Assembly: GCA_965223505.1 (NCBI GenBank) | Contig: CBDCWP010000021.1 | Location: forward strand, 192,001-256,000 | DNA: 64,000 bases | Source: Planctomycetota bacterium | Lineage (GTDB): Bacteria; Planctomycetota; PLA2; JAEUHO01 | Reading direction: 5' to 3' | Part shown: positions 18,092 through 28,804 of the stretch, one piece after another | How positions within the stretch are numbered: position 1 is the first letter of the stretch | How the letters are laid out: each line of letters opens with the position of its first letter | Program-made: the position numbers and the translations under genes | Notes under the pieces: generated by a model | Told to the model about the DNA's origin: nothing | What the model saw: the letters and a program-made list of their open reading frames with translations, nothing else | The model's database searches: none

Positions 18092-20929
18092 ATGGCTCGC
18101 ATCGCGCTGATTGCCGTCTCGCTGCTCGCCGTCAGCGCCGTCGTGTACCTGCTGATGGGCGAGGAGCTCGGCCTCGGCGGCGGCGGCGGCACGGACGGCG
18201 GCACGTTCGACGACGGCGGCTACGGCGACGATCTCACGGGCGACGCCGGACTCGCGGCCCGCGGCACGCGGCCGAGTGTCGAGGAAGAAGAGGCGGCCGC
18301 CAGGGCCGCGGCCGCGGCGCGCGCGGAGGAGGCGAAGTTCGACAAGAGCGAGGGCGTCTTCGGCCGCGTCGTCGACGGTGCGGACCAGCCGATCTCCGGC
18401 GCGAAGATCAAGCTCTTCGGCGTCACGGGCCGCAGCTTGCGAAGCGTGGACGCCAAGCACGAGATCCCACAGGGCGAGGCGACGACCGACGAAGAAGGCG
18501 AGTTCCTCGTCGGTCCGGCCGGGCCCGACCAGCACTTGAAGCTACGCGCGGAAGCGTACGGCTTCGCGCCCACGATCGTGCGCGTGCCGAAGCGGGGCGT
18601 GCGCGTCGACGTGATCCTCGACATCGGCGGTTCGCTCGAGGTCCGCGTGCTCACGATGGAGGGCGACGCGGTCGCGGGCGCGTCCGTGACCCATCACGAC
18701 CGTCAGTGGAACCCGATCGTCACGACGAAGGCGGAGACCGACAAAGCCGGCATCGCGACGTTCCCCGCGCTTCCGACCGGCCAGGGCGCGCTCGTCGTTC
18801 TCGCGAACGGCTACGCGGCGCTGAAGATCGCCAACGTCGGCGTCGCACCGAACGAGAAGGAGACACGCACGATCGTCGTCGACGAAGGCGTCCGCGTCGA
18901 GGGCAAGGTGACGGGAGAGAACGACCTGCCGATCGACGGCGCAAACGTGACGCTCCGCTATCCGGACTTCCCCGACCTCGCCGTGACCGGCCCCGTCCAG
19001 ACCGACCGCGAAGGCCGGTTCACCACGACGGCGTCGGTGCCCGTGAACGGCAAGGTCATGTTCGTCGTGGACAAGGAGGAGTACGCCCAGGAGCGCATGC
19101 AACGCAACGTGCAAGCCCAGTCCGAGGTGGCGATCAAGCTGAAGCGCCCCGGCGAGGCGCTGCGCGGGCACGTGGTCGACGCCAACAATCACGGGGTGGG
19201 CGGCGTGACCGTCACGTACGCCTGGATGAACGCGGACACCGAAGCGCCGGAGACGCGCACCGCGAGCGACGGCAGCTTCGAGCTCCAGGCGCCGTCCTGG
19301 TCGAGCCGGGGCTGGAACCTCCTGGCGATCTCCGACACCGCCGGCATCGCGACGAAGTACGTGCGCTTCGACAAGCAGGGGAAGCCGACCGGGACGATCC
19401 AGATCCAGCTCAACGGCGCGGGCACCGTGACCGGCAAGGTCACGGACGCCGGCGGCGCGCCGGTCGATGGTGCGCTCGTGCAGGCGAAGATCGACATCGG
19501 CGAGACCCAGAAGCAGCGCATGCCGGGCGTCAACGGCTACAACCTGCGCAATCTGATCGAGAACGACGCCCGGTTCAATTTCAGCGCGGTGAGCGGAGCC
19601 GACGGCTCGTACGTCCTGGCCGACATCCCGGTCGCCGCGTACCGCATCACCGCGGCGTTCGGCCTCGACCGGTCGCAGTCCGAGGAGATCGTGATCGTGT
19701 CGCCCGGTACGCCGGTCGCCGCGGACATCAAGCTGGGCGGCGGCGGCGTCATCGAGGGCTGGGTCGTCGACTCGAACGAACAGCCCATCGCCGGGGCACA
19801 GGTCAGTGCGAGCCCCGCGGGCCCGCGACGCGGCAACTACTGGTGGATGGACCGCCCCGCGGCGCGCAGCCAGAGCGACGGACGGTTCGTGCTCCGCGGC
19901 GTCTCGGACGGCACCTACAACCTCAGCGCCTGGGCGGCCGGCTACGGCGCCGGCACCGAGAACAACGTCGACGCCGGCACGGCGGACGCGACGCTGCGGA
20001 TGACGCCCCTGGGTTGGATCGACGGCGTCGTGTCCGTGGACCGCGCGCCCTTCCGCGGCACGTTCACCGTCACGGCCACACTTCGCAACAACGCCGGCGA
20101 CGGCAGCTCGCGCATGAACTCGCGCGGCTGGCGCAACAACCGCACCGAGGTCTTCAACACGGATGACGGGCGCTTCGAGCTGCGCGGTCTGACCGGCGGC
20201 GAGTACGACATCCGCGCGAGCACGAAGGCCGGCTTGATCGCGTTGCAGGCGGCGCGCGTGACGGTCGCACAGGGCCAGGGCACGCAGGACGTGCGACTCG
20301 AGCTCAGCCAGGGCGGCACCGTCTACGGGCGGATCACCAAGGAGGCGACCGGCGCGCCGATCCCCAATGCGTACGTGTACGTCCAGCTGCGCGACCAGGG
20401 CTCAGCGGACCAGAGCGGCGCGACGAGCGGGAACACGCGCGCGGATCGCAAGGGCACCTACTCGATCTCGGGCCTCGGATCGGGCGCTTACAACGTGCGA
20501 GTGTGGATGGACGGGGGGCAGAGCATCTCCGCCGCGGTCGACGTGCAGGTGGGCACGCGGCACGAGGTGAACCTGGTCGAGCGCCAACCGGGCGCGATCC
20601 AGGTCACGGTCGTCGACGAGTCGGGCGCGGTCATCGAGAACGCGCGGCCCAACGTGCGCTCCAGCACGGGTGTGGTGATCAATCCCAACTGGCAGCTCAT
20701 GCGCAAGGAGGGGTTGCTCGACAACGAGGCGAACGCATGGCACCTGGCGCGGCACACCGCCGCGGACGGGATCAATGTCCGCTATCACGTGCCGCCGGGC
20801 CGCTACGAAGTGACGGCGTACAAGCAGGGCTACGTGCTGGCGCCCGAGGGCGCCGCCTGGACCGACGTGCGCGGCGGCGCCACGTCCGCCGTGGAGGTCG
20901 TGCTCAAGAAGAAGCCCGACGGCAGCTAG
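18092..20929 (+). CDS. Large multi carboxypeptidase-regulatory-like domain protein
   Basis: Many GRVVD..G.PI.GA.V and T..DG.F repeats; N-terminal TM helix. Confidence 0.85.
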   Translation: MARIALIAVSLLAVSAVVYLLMGEELGLGGGGGTDGGTFDDGGYGDDLTGDAGLAARGTRPSVEEEEAAARAAAAARAEEAKFDKSEGVFGRVVDGADQPISGAKIKLFGVTGRSLRSVDAKHEIPQGEATTDEEGEFLVGPAGPDQHLKLRAEAYGFAPTIVRVPKRGVRVDVILDIGGSLEVRVLTMEGDAVAGASVTHHDRQWNPIVTTKAETDKAGIATFPALPTGQGALVVLANGYAALKIANVGVAPNEKETRTIVVDEGVRVEGKVTGENDLPIDGANVTLRYPDFPDLAVTGPVQTDREGRFTTTASVPVNGKVMFVVDKEEYAQERMQRNVQAQSEVAIKLKRPGEALRGHVVDANNHGVGGVTVTYAWMNADTEAPETRTASDGSFELQAPSWSSRGWNLLAISDTAGIATKYVRFDKQGKPTGTIQIQLNGAGTVTGKVTDAGGAPVDGALVQAKIDIGETQKQRMPGVNGYNLRNLIENDARFNFSAVSGADGSYVLADIPVAAYRITAAFGLDRSQSEEIVIVSPGTPVAADIKLGGGGVIEGWVVDSNEQPIAGAQVSASPAGPRRGNYWWMDRPAARSQSDGRFVLRGVSDGTYNLSAWAAGYGAGTENNVDAGTADATLRMTPLGWIDGVVSVDRAPFRGTFTVTATLRNNAGDGSSRMNSRGWRNNRTEVFNTDDGRFELRGLTGGEYDIRASTKAGLIALQAARVTVAQGQGTQDVRLELSQGGTVYGRITKEATGAPIPNAYVYVQLRDQGSADQSGATSGNTRADRKGTYSISGLGSGAYNVRVWMDGGQSISAAVDVQVGTRHEVNLVERQPGAIQVTVVDESGAVIENARPNVRSSTGVVINPNWQLMRKEGLLDNEANAWHLARHTAADGINVRYHVPPGRYEVTAYKQGYVLAPEGAAWTDVRGGATSAVEVVLKKKPDGS

Positions 20930-21039
20930 GCTCGGCCGGCACGGCGCGGCTCATCTGCTTTCATTAACATCGCTCATGATCGACCTCGAGACCATCGGAC
21001 CTGTTATGATTCTTGCTCGGTCATGAATCGGGAGCCGTC

Positions 21040-21939
21040 GTGGAGCTGCGCCAGCTCGAGTCGTTTCGTGAGGTCGTGCGCGAGGGGTCGTTCACCGCCG
21101 CCGCCCGCAACCTGCACATGACCCAGCCCGCCGTGAGCCTGCACATCAAGGCGCTCGAGCAGGAGCTGGACGCGCGGTTGCTGGAGCGCGACGCCAAAGG
21201 CGTGCGTCTCACCCCGCCCGGCGAGGTCTTGCTCGAGGCGGCGGAGACGGTGTTGGCCAGCCTCGACGAGGCCTCGCGCCGCATACGCGAGCTCGAGTCG
21301 CCGGAGCGCGGCGTCCTCCTGTTGGCCTGCGGAGACACCGTCGCGTTGCACCTGTTGCCGCCGGTGCTGAAGGCGTTCCGCAAGGCGCATCCGCTGGCCG
21401 AGGTGCAGATCCAGAACCACGGCTCGAAGGAAATCGTCGAGCGCGTGATGCGGCGCGAGACCGACCTGGGCGTCGTCACCCGGCCGCCGTGGCTCGATCC
21501 GACCATCTGGGCTCGCACCATCCACGTCGAGAACCTGGTGCTCGCGCTGCCTCGCAAGCACGACCTGGCCGGCGTGAAGTCCCTCGACCTGACCCATCTC
21601 CAGGACGAGCCGGCGGTGCTGCTGGCCAAGCCGGCCGAGACCCGCTACCTGATCGACCGGGCGCTCGGCAAGGCGGGCGTCGACGTGCGCGTGGTGATGG
21701 AGTCCAGCAACCTGGAGGTCGTGAAGGCGTATGTGCGGGACGGCCTCGGGCTCTCGATCGTCCCGGAGATGGCCCTGACGGGCCAGGACCGGCGTTGGTT
21801 GGAGATTCGCGCCCTCCCGGACGCGTTCCCGCAGCGCCGCATCGCCCTGATCCGCCGCAAAGACCGCAAGCCGGGGCTGTTGGTGATGACCCTGCTCGAG
21901 CTGTTGGCGGAGCACTTCCGAGCCTACGCAGAAGACTGA
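21040..21939 (+). CDS. LysR-family transcriptional regulator
   Basis: ELRQLESF..GSFTAAARNLHMTQPAVSLHIKALE. Confidence 0.93.
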   Translation: MELRQLESFREVVREGSFTAAARNLHMTQPAVSLHIKALEQELDARLLERDAKGVRLTPPGEVLLEAAETVLASLDEASRRIRELESPERGVLLLACGDTVALHLLPPVLKAFRKAHPLAEVQIQNHGSKEIVERVMRRETDLGVVTRPPWLDPTIWARTIHVENLVLALPRKHDLAGVKSLDLTHLQDEPAVLLAKPAETRYLIDRALGKAGVDVRVVMESSNLEVVKAYVRDGLGLSIVPEMALTGQDRRWLEIRALPDAFPQRRIALIRRKDRKPGLLVMTLLELLAEHFRAYAED

Positions 21940-22037
21940 AACCTGCGGAGCCCCGAGCGCATCGAGGGGTGTGAGGGCCGGACAGGATCACGTACGCTGC
22001 AATGACGCTCTGCACAGCCCCTTGCGAGGAACCGACG

Positions 22038-22619
22038 GTGAGCGACGTCCACGAGCGGCTGGATCCGGAGAAGCTGCTCGAGCGGTACGGCGAGCGCATC
22101 TACCGGCTGGCCTACCGGATGATGGGCAACGAGGCGGACGCCGAGGACGTCGCGCAGAACGCGCTGATCAAGATCCTCGTCAAGGGCGGTTCCTACCGCG
22201 GTGAGTCCGATCCGATGGGTTGGATCTACCGGATCGTGATCAACGAGTCGCGCGAGCTGTATCGCAAGCGCAAGCGCAAGCCTGCCGTGAGCCTCGACGC
22301 GCTCCCGATCGAATACGACGAGGCGATGCACGCGCGCGGCATCTCCGACTTCACGCGACGGCCCGATCACGACGCGATGGCGTCCGAGGTCGAGCGTCGC
22401 GTTCGCGAAGCCATCCAGGAGCTGCCCGACGGCTACCGGGAAGCGGTGGTGCTGATGGACCTGGAAGGCATGAGCTACAAGGACGCCGCGGAGGTTCTGG
22501 GTTTGACACTGGGTGGATTCAAGACGCGGCTGCACCGCGGCCGTCTGCATCTGCGCAACCGGCTGGAAGCATTCTGGAAGTCGGTCGACGAAGGCGCGGT
22601 CTCCGGAGGAAGCAAGTGA
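22038..22619 (+). CDS. ECF RNA polymerase sigma factor
   Basis: DAEDVAQ, WIYRIVIN, LPDGYRE..GMSYKDAA..KTRLHRGR. Confidence 0.92.
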   Translation: MSDVHERLDPEKLLERYGERIYRLAYRMMGNEADAEDVAQNALIKILVKGGSYRGESDPMGWIYRIVINESRELYRKRKRKPAVSLDALPIEYDEAMHARGISDFTRRPDHDAMASEVERRVREAIQELPDGYREAVVLMDLEGMSYKDAAEVLGLTLGGFKTRLHRGRLHLRNRLEAFWKSVDEGAVSGGSK

Positions 22620-22891
22620 TCTCCTGCAAGGACCTGGCGGAGAAGCTGCTCCAGTTCAAGGACGGCGAGCTCTCCGAAGAAGAGACGGAGTACGTGCGCA
22701 AGCATCTCCACGTCTGCCCGCCGTGCGTGGACCTGTTCAAGACGTACGAAGAGGTCGTCGACGTGCTCGACCGGCTGAAGCCGGTCAAGATGCCGGACGG
22801 ATTCCTGGAGCGGATGAAGCGGAAGATGGCGGAACGCGGCGACATCGAGGTGGAAGGGGATCCCGGCGAGTGTCCGGAGTGTCCTGAATAG
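22616..22891 (+). CDS. Soluble zf-HC2 anti-sigma factor
   Basis: HLHVCPPC (Hx3Cx2C); GTGA overlap with sigma gene. Confidence 0.85.
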   Translation: MISCKDLAEKLLQFKDGELSEEETEYVRKHLHVCPPCVDLFKTYEEVVDVLDRLKPVKMPDGFLERMKRKMAERGDIEVEGDPGECPECPE

Positions 22892-23017
22892 GTCGCGGAA
22901 GAAGCGCGCGCGGCGCGACGACGACGGAACTGCGTTGCAGGATTCCGCAGCCTGCTCGGGCCCTAACGACCCGAGGAAAGGGTTCTCGTTCGCTGCAGCC
23001 GCCCCGATGATGGGCCC

Positions 23018-23980
23018 ATGCGAGTCCTTCTCATCGGCGCGGCAGGCCAGGTCGGCACCGACATCATCCCGATGCTCTTGCAACGCGGCGACCACGTCAC
23101 CGCGTTCGATCTCTCGCCCAAGCCCGCGAGCTGCCCGCCCGAGGTGCACTGGATTCGGGGTGACGTCACCCTCGCGGAAGAGGTCAACGACGCCGTCCAG
23201 CAGACGCAGCCCGAACGCATCTACCACTTCGCCGCGATCCTCTCCGCGACCGGCGAGAGGGTTCCGCACCGCGCGTGGCGCGTCAACATGGACGGCACGC
23301 GCCACGTGCTCGAGGCGGCGCGTCTGTTCGGCAAGCCCGAGGTGTTCTTCACCAGCACCATCGCGGCGTTCGGCCCGGGCCTGGCTCCGCCCGTGGGAGA
23401 CGACGTACACCTGCGCCCCACGACGGTGTACGGCATCACCAAGGTCGCGGGCGAGCTGCTGGGCCGGTACTACTACGAGACGTTCGGCGTGGACTTTCGC
23501 GGCGTGCGCTTCCCCGGCTTGATCAACGCCGGCATCCCCGGCGGCGGGACCAGCGACTATGCGCTGTACATGTACGTCGAGGGCCTGCGCACGGGTGCGT
23601 ACGAGGCCTTCGTGACGCCGGAGTCGCGCATTCCCTTCATGTACATGCCGGACGCGCTGCGAGCGGTGCTCGAGCTGGCCGACGCGCCGCGCGAGAACCT
23701 CGGCCGCTGCATCTACAACATCGCGGCGATCTCGCCGACGGCCGAGGAGATCGCCGAGGCGGTGCGGGCGCGCATTCCCGGCGTCAACATCACCTTCCGC
23801 TCGGATCCCGAACGGCAGGCGATCCTGGACTCCTGGCCCCAGGCGCTCGACGACTCGAACGCGCGCAACGACTGGGGCTGGAACCACGAGTACGACCTGG
23901 CGTCGATGAGCGACGACCTCATTCCGAAGGTGCGCGCGCTCATCGAAGCGCAAGGCGGCGAGCAACCTGTACACGCGTAG
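23018..23980 (+). CDS. NAD-dependent epimerase/dehydratase, L-threonine 3-dehydrogenase (SDR type)-like
   Basis: GAAGQVG, LSATGE, YGITK, PGGGTSDYA, MYMPD, SWP. Confidence 0.85.
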   Translation: MRVLLIGAAGQVGTDIIPMLLQRGDHVTAFDLSPKPASCPPEVHWIRGDVTLAEEVNDAVQQTQPERIYHFAAILSATGERVPHRAWRVNMDGTRHVLEAARLFGKPEVFFTSTIAAFGPGLAPPVGDDVHLRPTTVYGITKVAGELLGRYYYETFGVDFRGVRFPGLINAGIPGGGTSDYALYMYVEGLRTGAYEAFVTPESRIPFMYMPDALRAVLELADAPRENLGRCIYNIAAISPTAEEIAEAVRARIPGVNITFRSDPERQAILDSWPQALDDSNARNDWGWNHEYDLASMSDDLIPKVRALIEAQGGEQPVHA

Positions 23981-24053
23981 GGTGGTCGCCCAATTGGGCA
24001 GCCACAAGGGCTGCCCGTACTTCCAATTGGGCTGCCACAGGGGCTGCCCCTAC
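23977..24053. repeat. GTAG-type REP cluster (rearranged REPIN)
   Basis: GTAGGGTGGTCGCCCAATTGGGCAGCCACAAGGGCTGCCC...GGGCTGCCACAGGGGCTGCCCCTAC between convergent genes. Confidence 0.85.
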
Positions 24054-24406
24054 TTCTTCATCACGAGCAACACCGCCAGTACCACGAGGATCCCCGCGAA
24101 CATGCGGCGGATCCAAAGCGGATCCAGCTTCGCCGCCAGATTCGAACCGAGATACGCGCCTACGACCGCCCCCACGGCGATCAGACCCGCCATGCGCCAA
24201 TCCACGTGGCCGTGGCTCGCGCGACCCCACAACGCCATCAACATCGCCGGCACGATGATCGCCACCGACGTCCCCGTCGCGATCTTGTCCGGCGTGTCCT
24301 TGAGCAAGATGAGCGCCGGCACGATCAGGAAGCCGCCGCCCAGCCCGAGAATGCTCCCGAGGACCCCGGCCGCGAGGCCCAGCACGATCAGCAGTGCAAG
24401 TTCCAT
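24050..24406 (-). CDS. Sulfite exporter TauE/SafE-family protein (half-size)
   Basis: GLAAGVLGSILGLGGGFLIVPAL, ATGTS, VDW. Confidence 0.85.
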   Translation of the reverse strand: MELALLIVLGLAAGVLGSILGLGGGFLIVPALILLKDTPDKIATGTSVAIIVPAMLMALWGRASHGHVDWRMAGLIAVGAVVGAYLGSNLAAKLDPLWIRRMFAGILVVLAVLLVMKK

Positions 24407-24420
24407 GGTGTCTCCCGCAC

Positions 24421-25440
24421 CTAGTGAGTTCCGTTGCCCATGAGCTCGGTCAGCAGCGCGGCCAGTTCGTCGCGCGTGTACGGCTTGGGCAAGACGCCGC
24501 AGAAACCGTGCTTGCGGTAGTTCGCGAGCACCTCGTCGTTCGCGTACCCGCTCGAGACGACGTCGCGCACGTCGCCGGACATCAGCCGATGACGAGCCGG
24601 CATGGGACGCCCGTCCTCGCGGGGCTCCTCCTCGACGTCGGACTTCGGACGAACGACGAAGTCCGAGAGGCGCTTCGACGTGAGTACGCTTCGTTCCGCG
24701 CCGTAGAAGTCGCACGCGGCTCGATTGGCGTCGACGATGCGGCGCGTGCCGGGATGAACGACGAGCTGGATCGTGCTGTTCTTCTCGAACATGTTGCGAT
24801 AACGCTCTTCGCTCTCGCGCAATGCGTGGCTCGAGACCAGCAACAACGCGTGGTTTCGCCGGCCCCGAAGCACGAGCACCACGCCTGCGCCGGCCGCGAG
24901 GATCGACAGAACGGCCGCCGCGACGAGGCGCAGCTCCGCGCTTTGCAGGGCCCGGGCGTGCGCTGTCACCTCCGACGTCACGTCGTCGAGCACAAGCCCG
25001 AGGTTGGCGGCGACCTGCGCGGCGGGCGTGGCGGGGAGCGTCGGATGTGCGTCCTCTTCGTCGTCGAGCAGCTCGAGCGAATCCGCCAGCGCGGGCGTCG
25101 CGCGCCCCCAATCGCGGACGGCCGGACGATTCAACGCATCCTCGAACGGAACCGTCCGATACAGCTCGGTGTCGCGCAGCTCTCGCCGGGCGTGCTCGGG
25201 GATCCGCTCGAGAAACGCCTCCCGCGAGGCCGCGTCTTCGGCCTCGAGCGCGGCGCTTGCGGACATCGCGTCGTGGCTCGCGACGGTCGAGAGGATCAGG
25301 TGCGTCGTCCAACCGGCCAACAGCAGCCACGCGCCGGCCAGGACCCACACCCACACCGAACGCCGAGCGAGGTCCGGCGCCGTGTACGCCGGAGCAGGTG
25401 TGTCCGTTCGTTGCGGATCCGAGGAGGGCACGACGACCAT
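24421..25440 (-). pseudogene. Internally deleted hybrid sensor kinase (TM-PAS fused to receiver C-tail)
   Basis: ESEERYR-PAS...HRLMSGDVRDV joined directly to VSSGYAND...GFCGVLPKPY; no HisKA or HATPase domain. Confidence 0.6.
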
Positions 25441-25646
25441 CCGTGATACCGGACCTTGGTCGGCTGCGAAGCTCCGAATTCGCGCGCACCCCGCACGCCG
25501 CCGGGAAGATCCGCACGGGCGCCGCGGTCCAAACTGCACCCGGAGGTATGCTACCGGGGTCGACCCCGTACCGGCTGGGATCGAAAGAACCACGAGGCGA
25601 ATCGGAGGCAGGGGGCCTTCGCGCGCTTCGTTTCTGGAGAGTCGAG

Positions 25647-26702
25647 ATGGGGTTGCGAGTTCTGTTGCGCGGTACGGCCGCGGGTCTCTTCGCTGCGTTG
25701 CTGCTGGGTGTCGGTTCCGAGGCGCGCGCGGATCACACGAGTCACCAGCCCGGCGCCTGGCGCGGCGCCGTGCCGCGAAGCCACGGGCACGCGCGGGGCC
25801 GCTTTCATCGAAGCCGTCCGTACACCGGACGTTACCGGCACCGCATTCCGAGCCGCTTCGACCGTGCGGACTGCGAGCGCGCGGGCTATCCCGTGCACAC
25901 CGGATGCGGGTGCACGCCGCGCTACGCCGGCGGATCGCCCTGGTACGTCCTGCGGCGCTACCTGTCGTCCGGTCACGCGATTCGCGAGTTCTACGTGCGC
26001 AACTACTTCCTGCGGCGCTACCCGTACGTGTTCGCCGACGGCGAGACGCGGCCGGGCGTGACCGACGACGAAGAGAGCGAGGTGAAGTTGCTCGGCGAGG
26101 GCAAGGCGCCCCACGAGCTGACCGAGCGCGAGCGCCTGAACCTGGGCATGCGTAGCTTCCTGATCGGCCGCTACACCGAGTCGCGCGAGCACTTCGATGC
26201 GGTTCTCGCCAAGGAGCCGAAGCACGCCATCGCGAACTACGGCCGCTTGATGACCTCCGTCGGCAAGAACGACTGGAAGAACGCGTCGGCGGCGCTCGCC
26301 AAGCTGGCGGAGATCGGTGAGCTGACGAAGGACGACAAGCTCGTGGTGGACGGCGTGTTCGGCGACCCCAAGAAGCTGGATGCGATCATGAGCGGCCTGA
26401 AGGCGTTCACGCGCTGGTCGCCGAACGACGGGCGCGCGCATGTGGTGGGCGCGTGGATGTACGGCGCGCGCGGCAACGCGGATCGGGCGGCGTTCCATCT
26501 GAAGAAGGCGCTCCGTTGGCACCCTAGCCATCCGGCGATCAAGATCCTGCAAGGCGACGCGACGGACGAGAAGCCGGCACAGCCCGAGGGGGAGCCGACG
26601 GTCGCGCCGAAGGAGACGCCGCCGACGGCGGCGCCGAGCGAGAATCGGGCGATTGCGAAGGCCGAAGACAAGAAGGCGACGGTCATCGCGAAGAAGGACT
26701 GA
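25647..26702 (+). CDS. Secreted TPR-repeat protein
   Basis: Signal peptide ending ARA; His/Arg-rich region; TPR-like helices. Confidence 0.7.
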   Translation: MGLRVLLRGTAAGLFAALLLGVGSEARADHTSHQPGAWRGAVPRSHGHARGRFHRSRPYTGRYRHRIPSRFDRADCERAGYPVHTGCGCTPRYAGGSPWYVLRRYLSSGHAIREFYVRNYFLRRYPYVFADGETRPGVTDDEESEVKLLGEGKAPHELTERERLNLGMRSFLIGRYTESREHFDAVLAKEPKHAIANYGRLMTSVGKNDWKNASAALAKLAEIGELTKDDKLVVDGVFGDPKKLDAIMSGLKAFTRWSPNDGRAHVVGAWMYGARGNADRAAFHLKKALRWHPSHPAIKILQGDATDEKPAQPEGEPTVAPKETPPTAAPSENRAIAKAEDKKATVIAKKD

Positions 26703-26960
26703 GAGCGGAGCGCGGGATCGAGCGAGAGACGGAAGGCGGCGCGCGCGGTCGTCATCCACCTGGTTGCGGGTAGCGGGTCCGTGAGCGGCGAGCGGCGAGC
26801 GGCGATGCTCGTTGTATGGGCGCATGACCCGCAGGCGACGGTCTCCGCTCCCTCTCCCGCTCCTGCTCCCGCTACGCCAGTGCGAAGCCTTCTTCCGCGT
26901 GGCTCTCTGTGGGCGACGTTCATATCGCCCGAACGCGCCCGAGCCACTACCCTCCCCCTG

Positions 26961-28256
26961 ATGTCCCGGGCCGATCGCCGCCACGCCGTCGCCTTCCTCG
27001 CGCTCTACCTGCTGATCTGCGTCTCCGCCGCGATCACCGTCGCGCGCCGCGCGGAGCGGGGCCAGGGCGCGTACCCGCGTTGGGTCGCGCACACCGAGAT
27101 GCTGCGCGCCGGCGAAAGTCCCTACCGCCGCAGCACCGACCCGACGGGCCTCGACGAAGGCCACCCCAACCCGCCCATGGGCATGCTGCTGCTGATGCCC
27201 TTCCACGCGCTGCCCGCCGCCGCCGGATCGGTCGCCTGGTGCGTCTTCAAGGGTCTGATCGCCGGGCTCGTCTTCCTGCTCGTGCTGCGTTCGACCCACC
27301 CGCCGTGGCCGGCGTTCGCGCCGTGGCTGCTCCTGCTCCTGAGCGCGCAGGTCATTCACCTCGACCTGACCCACAGCAACATCAACCTCGTCGTCGGCGG
27401 ACTCATCGTGGCCGGGGTGTTCGCCGGCATGCGCGACCGGGACTTCCTGTCCGGCCTGGCCATCGGTCTCGCCGGCGTGCTCAAGGTGACGCCCTTCCTC
27501 TTCGCCCCGTACTTCGCCTACAAGCGACGCTGGAAAGCGTGCGCGGGCGTGCTCACGGCCGTCGCCCTGTTCGCCTTGCTGGTTCCCGGCTTGTTCCTCG
27601 GATTCGACCGCAACATGGACCTGCTTCGCGGGTGGTACGACCAGATGATCGGCCCCTTCCTCGAAGGCAAGGACGTGGGCTACATGCAGACCGGTCACAT
27701 GAATCAGTCCCTGACCGGCGTCCTGCACCGGCTGCTCGATGACACCGTCGCCTTCTGGGCGCAGCCGCAGAACGGCATCGAAGAGCTGCGCGTGAACGTC
27801 CTGTCGCTCGGAACGACGACGGTCGCTTGGATCGTGCGCGCGCTCTCCTTGCTCGTGCTGGGCGTCGTCGCGTGGTCGTGCCGCGCGCCGGAAGACGACC
27901 GCGAGCACGTCGGGCACCTCGGCGAGGCCGCGCTCGTATTTCTCGCGATGCTGTTTCTGTCGGAGCGCTCCTGGCGCACGCACTACGTCCTGCTGATCCT
28001 GCCGCACGCGTTCCTGCTGTACGCCGTCACGCGGCTCCAGCTCTCGTCGGCCGCGACGCGAACGGCGGCCGTCGCGCTGGGTGTGAGCGCGCTGTGCCAC
28101 CACGGTCTGTTCGACGAGCTGTTCGGCGACGCCTTCGGCCGGCTCGCGGAGAGCTACGGGGTGTTCTTCTTGGGCGGCGCGGTGCTGTTCGGCGCCTGCG
28201 TGCTGGTGATGCGCCGCATCGGCAACGCGGGCCGTGTCCCCGGCGGCGCGTCGTGA
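26961..28256 (+). CDS. Glycosyltransferase family 87 (DUF2029) membrane protein
   Basis: PNPP, SNIN, GVLKVTP, NQSL, SWRTHY; many TM helices. Confidence 0.82.
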   Translation: MSRADRRHAVAFLALYLLICVSAAITVARRAERGQGAYPRWVAHTEMLRAGESPYRRSTDPTGLDEGHPNPPMGMLLLMPFHALPAAAGSVAWCVFKGLIAGLVFLLVLRSTHPPWPAFAPWLLLLLSAQVIHLDLTHSNINLVVGGLIVAGVFAGMRDRDFLSGLAIGLAGVLKVTPFLFAPYFAYKRRWKACAGVLTAVALFALLVPGLFLGFDRNMDLLRGWYDQMIGPFLEGKDVGYMQTGHMNQSLTGVLHRLLDDTVAFWAQPQNGIEELRVNVLSLGTTTVAWIVRALSLLVLGVVAWSCRAPEDDREHVGHLGEAALVFLAMLFLSERSWRTHYVLLILPHAFLLYAVTRLQLSSAATRTAAVALGVSALCHHGLFDELFGDAFGRLAESYGVFFLGGAVLFGACVLVMRRIGNAGRVPGGAS

Positions 28257-28804
28257 GCTACTACGCCCCCTTCGACCCGGACGGAGGGAGCGACCTGCCG
28301 GCCTTCGATGCCGGCAAGCTGCGTCCTGCGACCGTCGACGACGCTGCGGGGGTTGCCCGGCTGATCGCCGACCGGCACGGCGCGGACTACGACGAAGCAC
28401 TGGCACGCACGACCCGGGAGCTCGAGACGACCGTCGCGGAGCCCGACCGGTATCTGATGCTGGTGGCGGAGGAAGGCGGCGAGATCGTCGGCTTCGGGCG
28501 CGCGCGCTTCGAAGAGGCCGGCCGCGACAACGAGAAGGCGCCTCGCGGCTGGTACCTGATGGGCGTCGTCGTGACGCCGCGCCACCATCGTCGCGGCATC
28601 GGGCACGCGCTGACGCAGGGACGGCTCGACTGGATCGCCCAGCGCGCCGGCGGAGCCTACTACTTCGCGAACCGCGAGAATCGAACGTCGATCGCCCTCC
28701 ACGACGCGTTCGGGTTCGTGGTACACACGCGCAACTTCGGGTACACGCGCGCCGACCTCTCCGACGAAGACGGCGTTCTCTACAAGGTCGACCTACGCGC
28801 ATGA
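28253..28804 (+). CDS. GNAT N-acetyltransferase
   Basis: VTPRHHRRGIGHAL, NRTSIALHDAFGF. Confidence 0.85.
   Translation: MSYYAPFDPDGGSDLPAFDAGKLRPATVDDAAGVARLIADRHGADYDEALARTTRELETTVAEPDRYLMLVAEEGGEIVGFGRARFEEAGRDNEKAPRGWYLMGVVVTPRHHRRGIGHALTQGRLDWIAQRAGGAYYFANRENRTSIALHDAFGFVVHTRNFGYTRADLSDEDGVLYKVDLRA

Noticed and set aside
26845..26873. CCCGCT/CCTGCT pyrimidine-rich short repeats
   Set aside because: Short low-complexity tract; no function supportable
25551..28802. 1083-aa minus-strand ORF and other long antisense ORFs (e.g. 47932..50964, 29083..31152)
   Set aside because: Shadow ORFs opposite well-supported genes, expected in high-GC DNA
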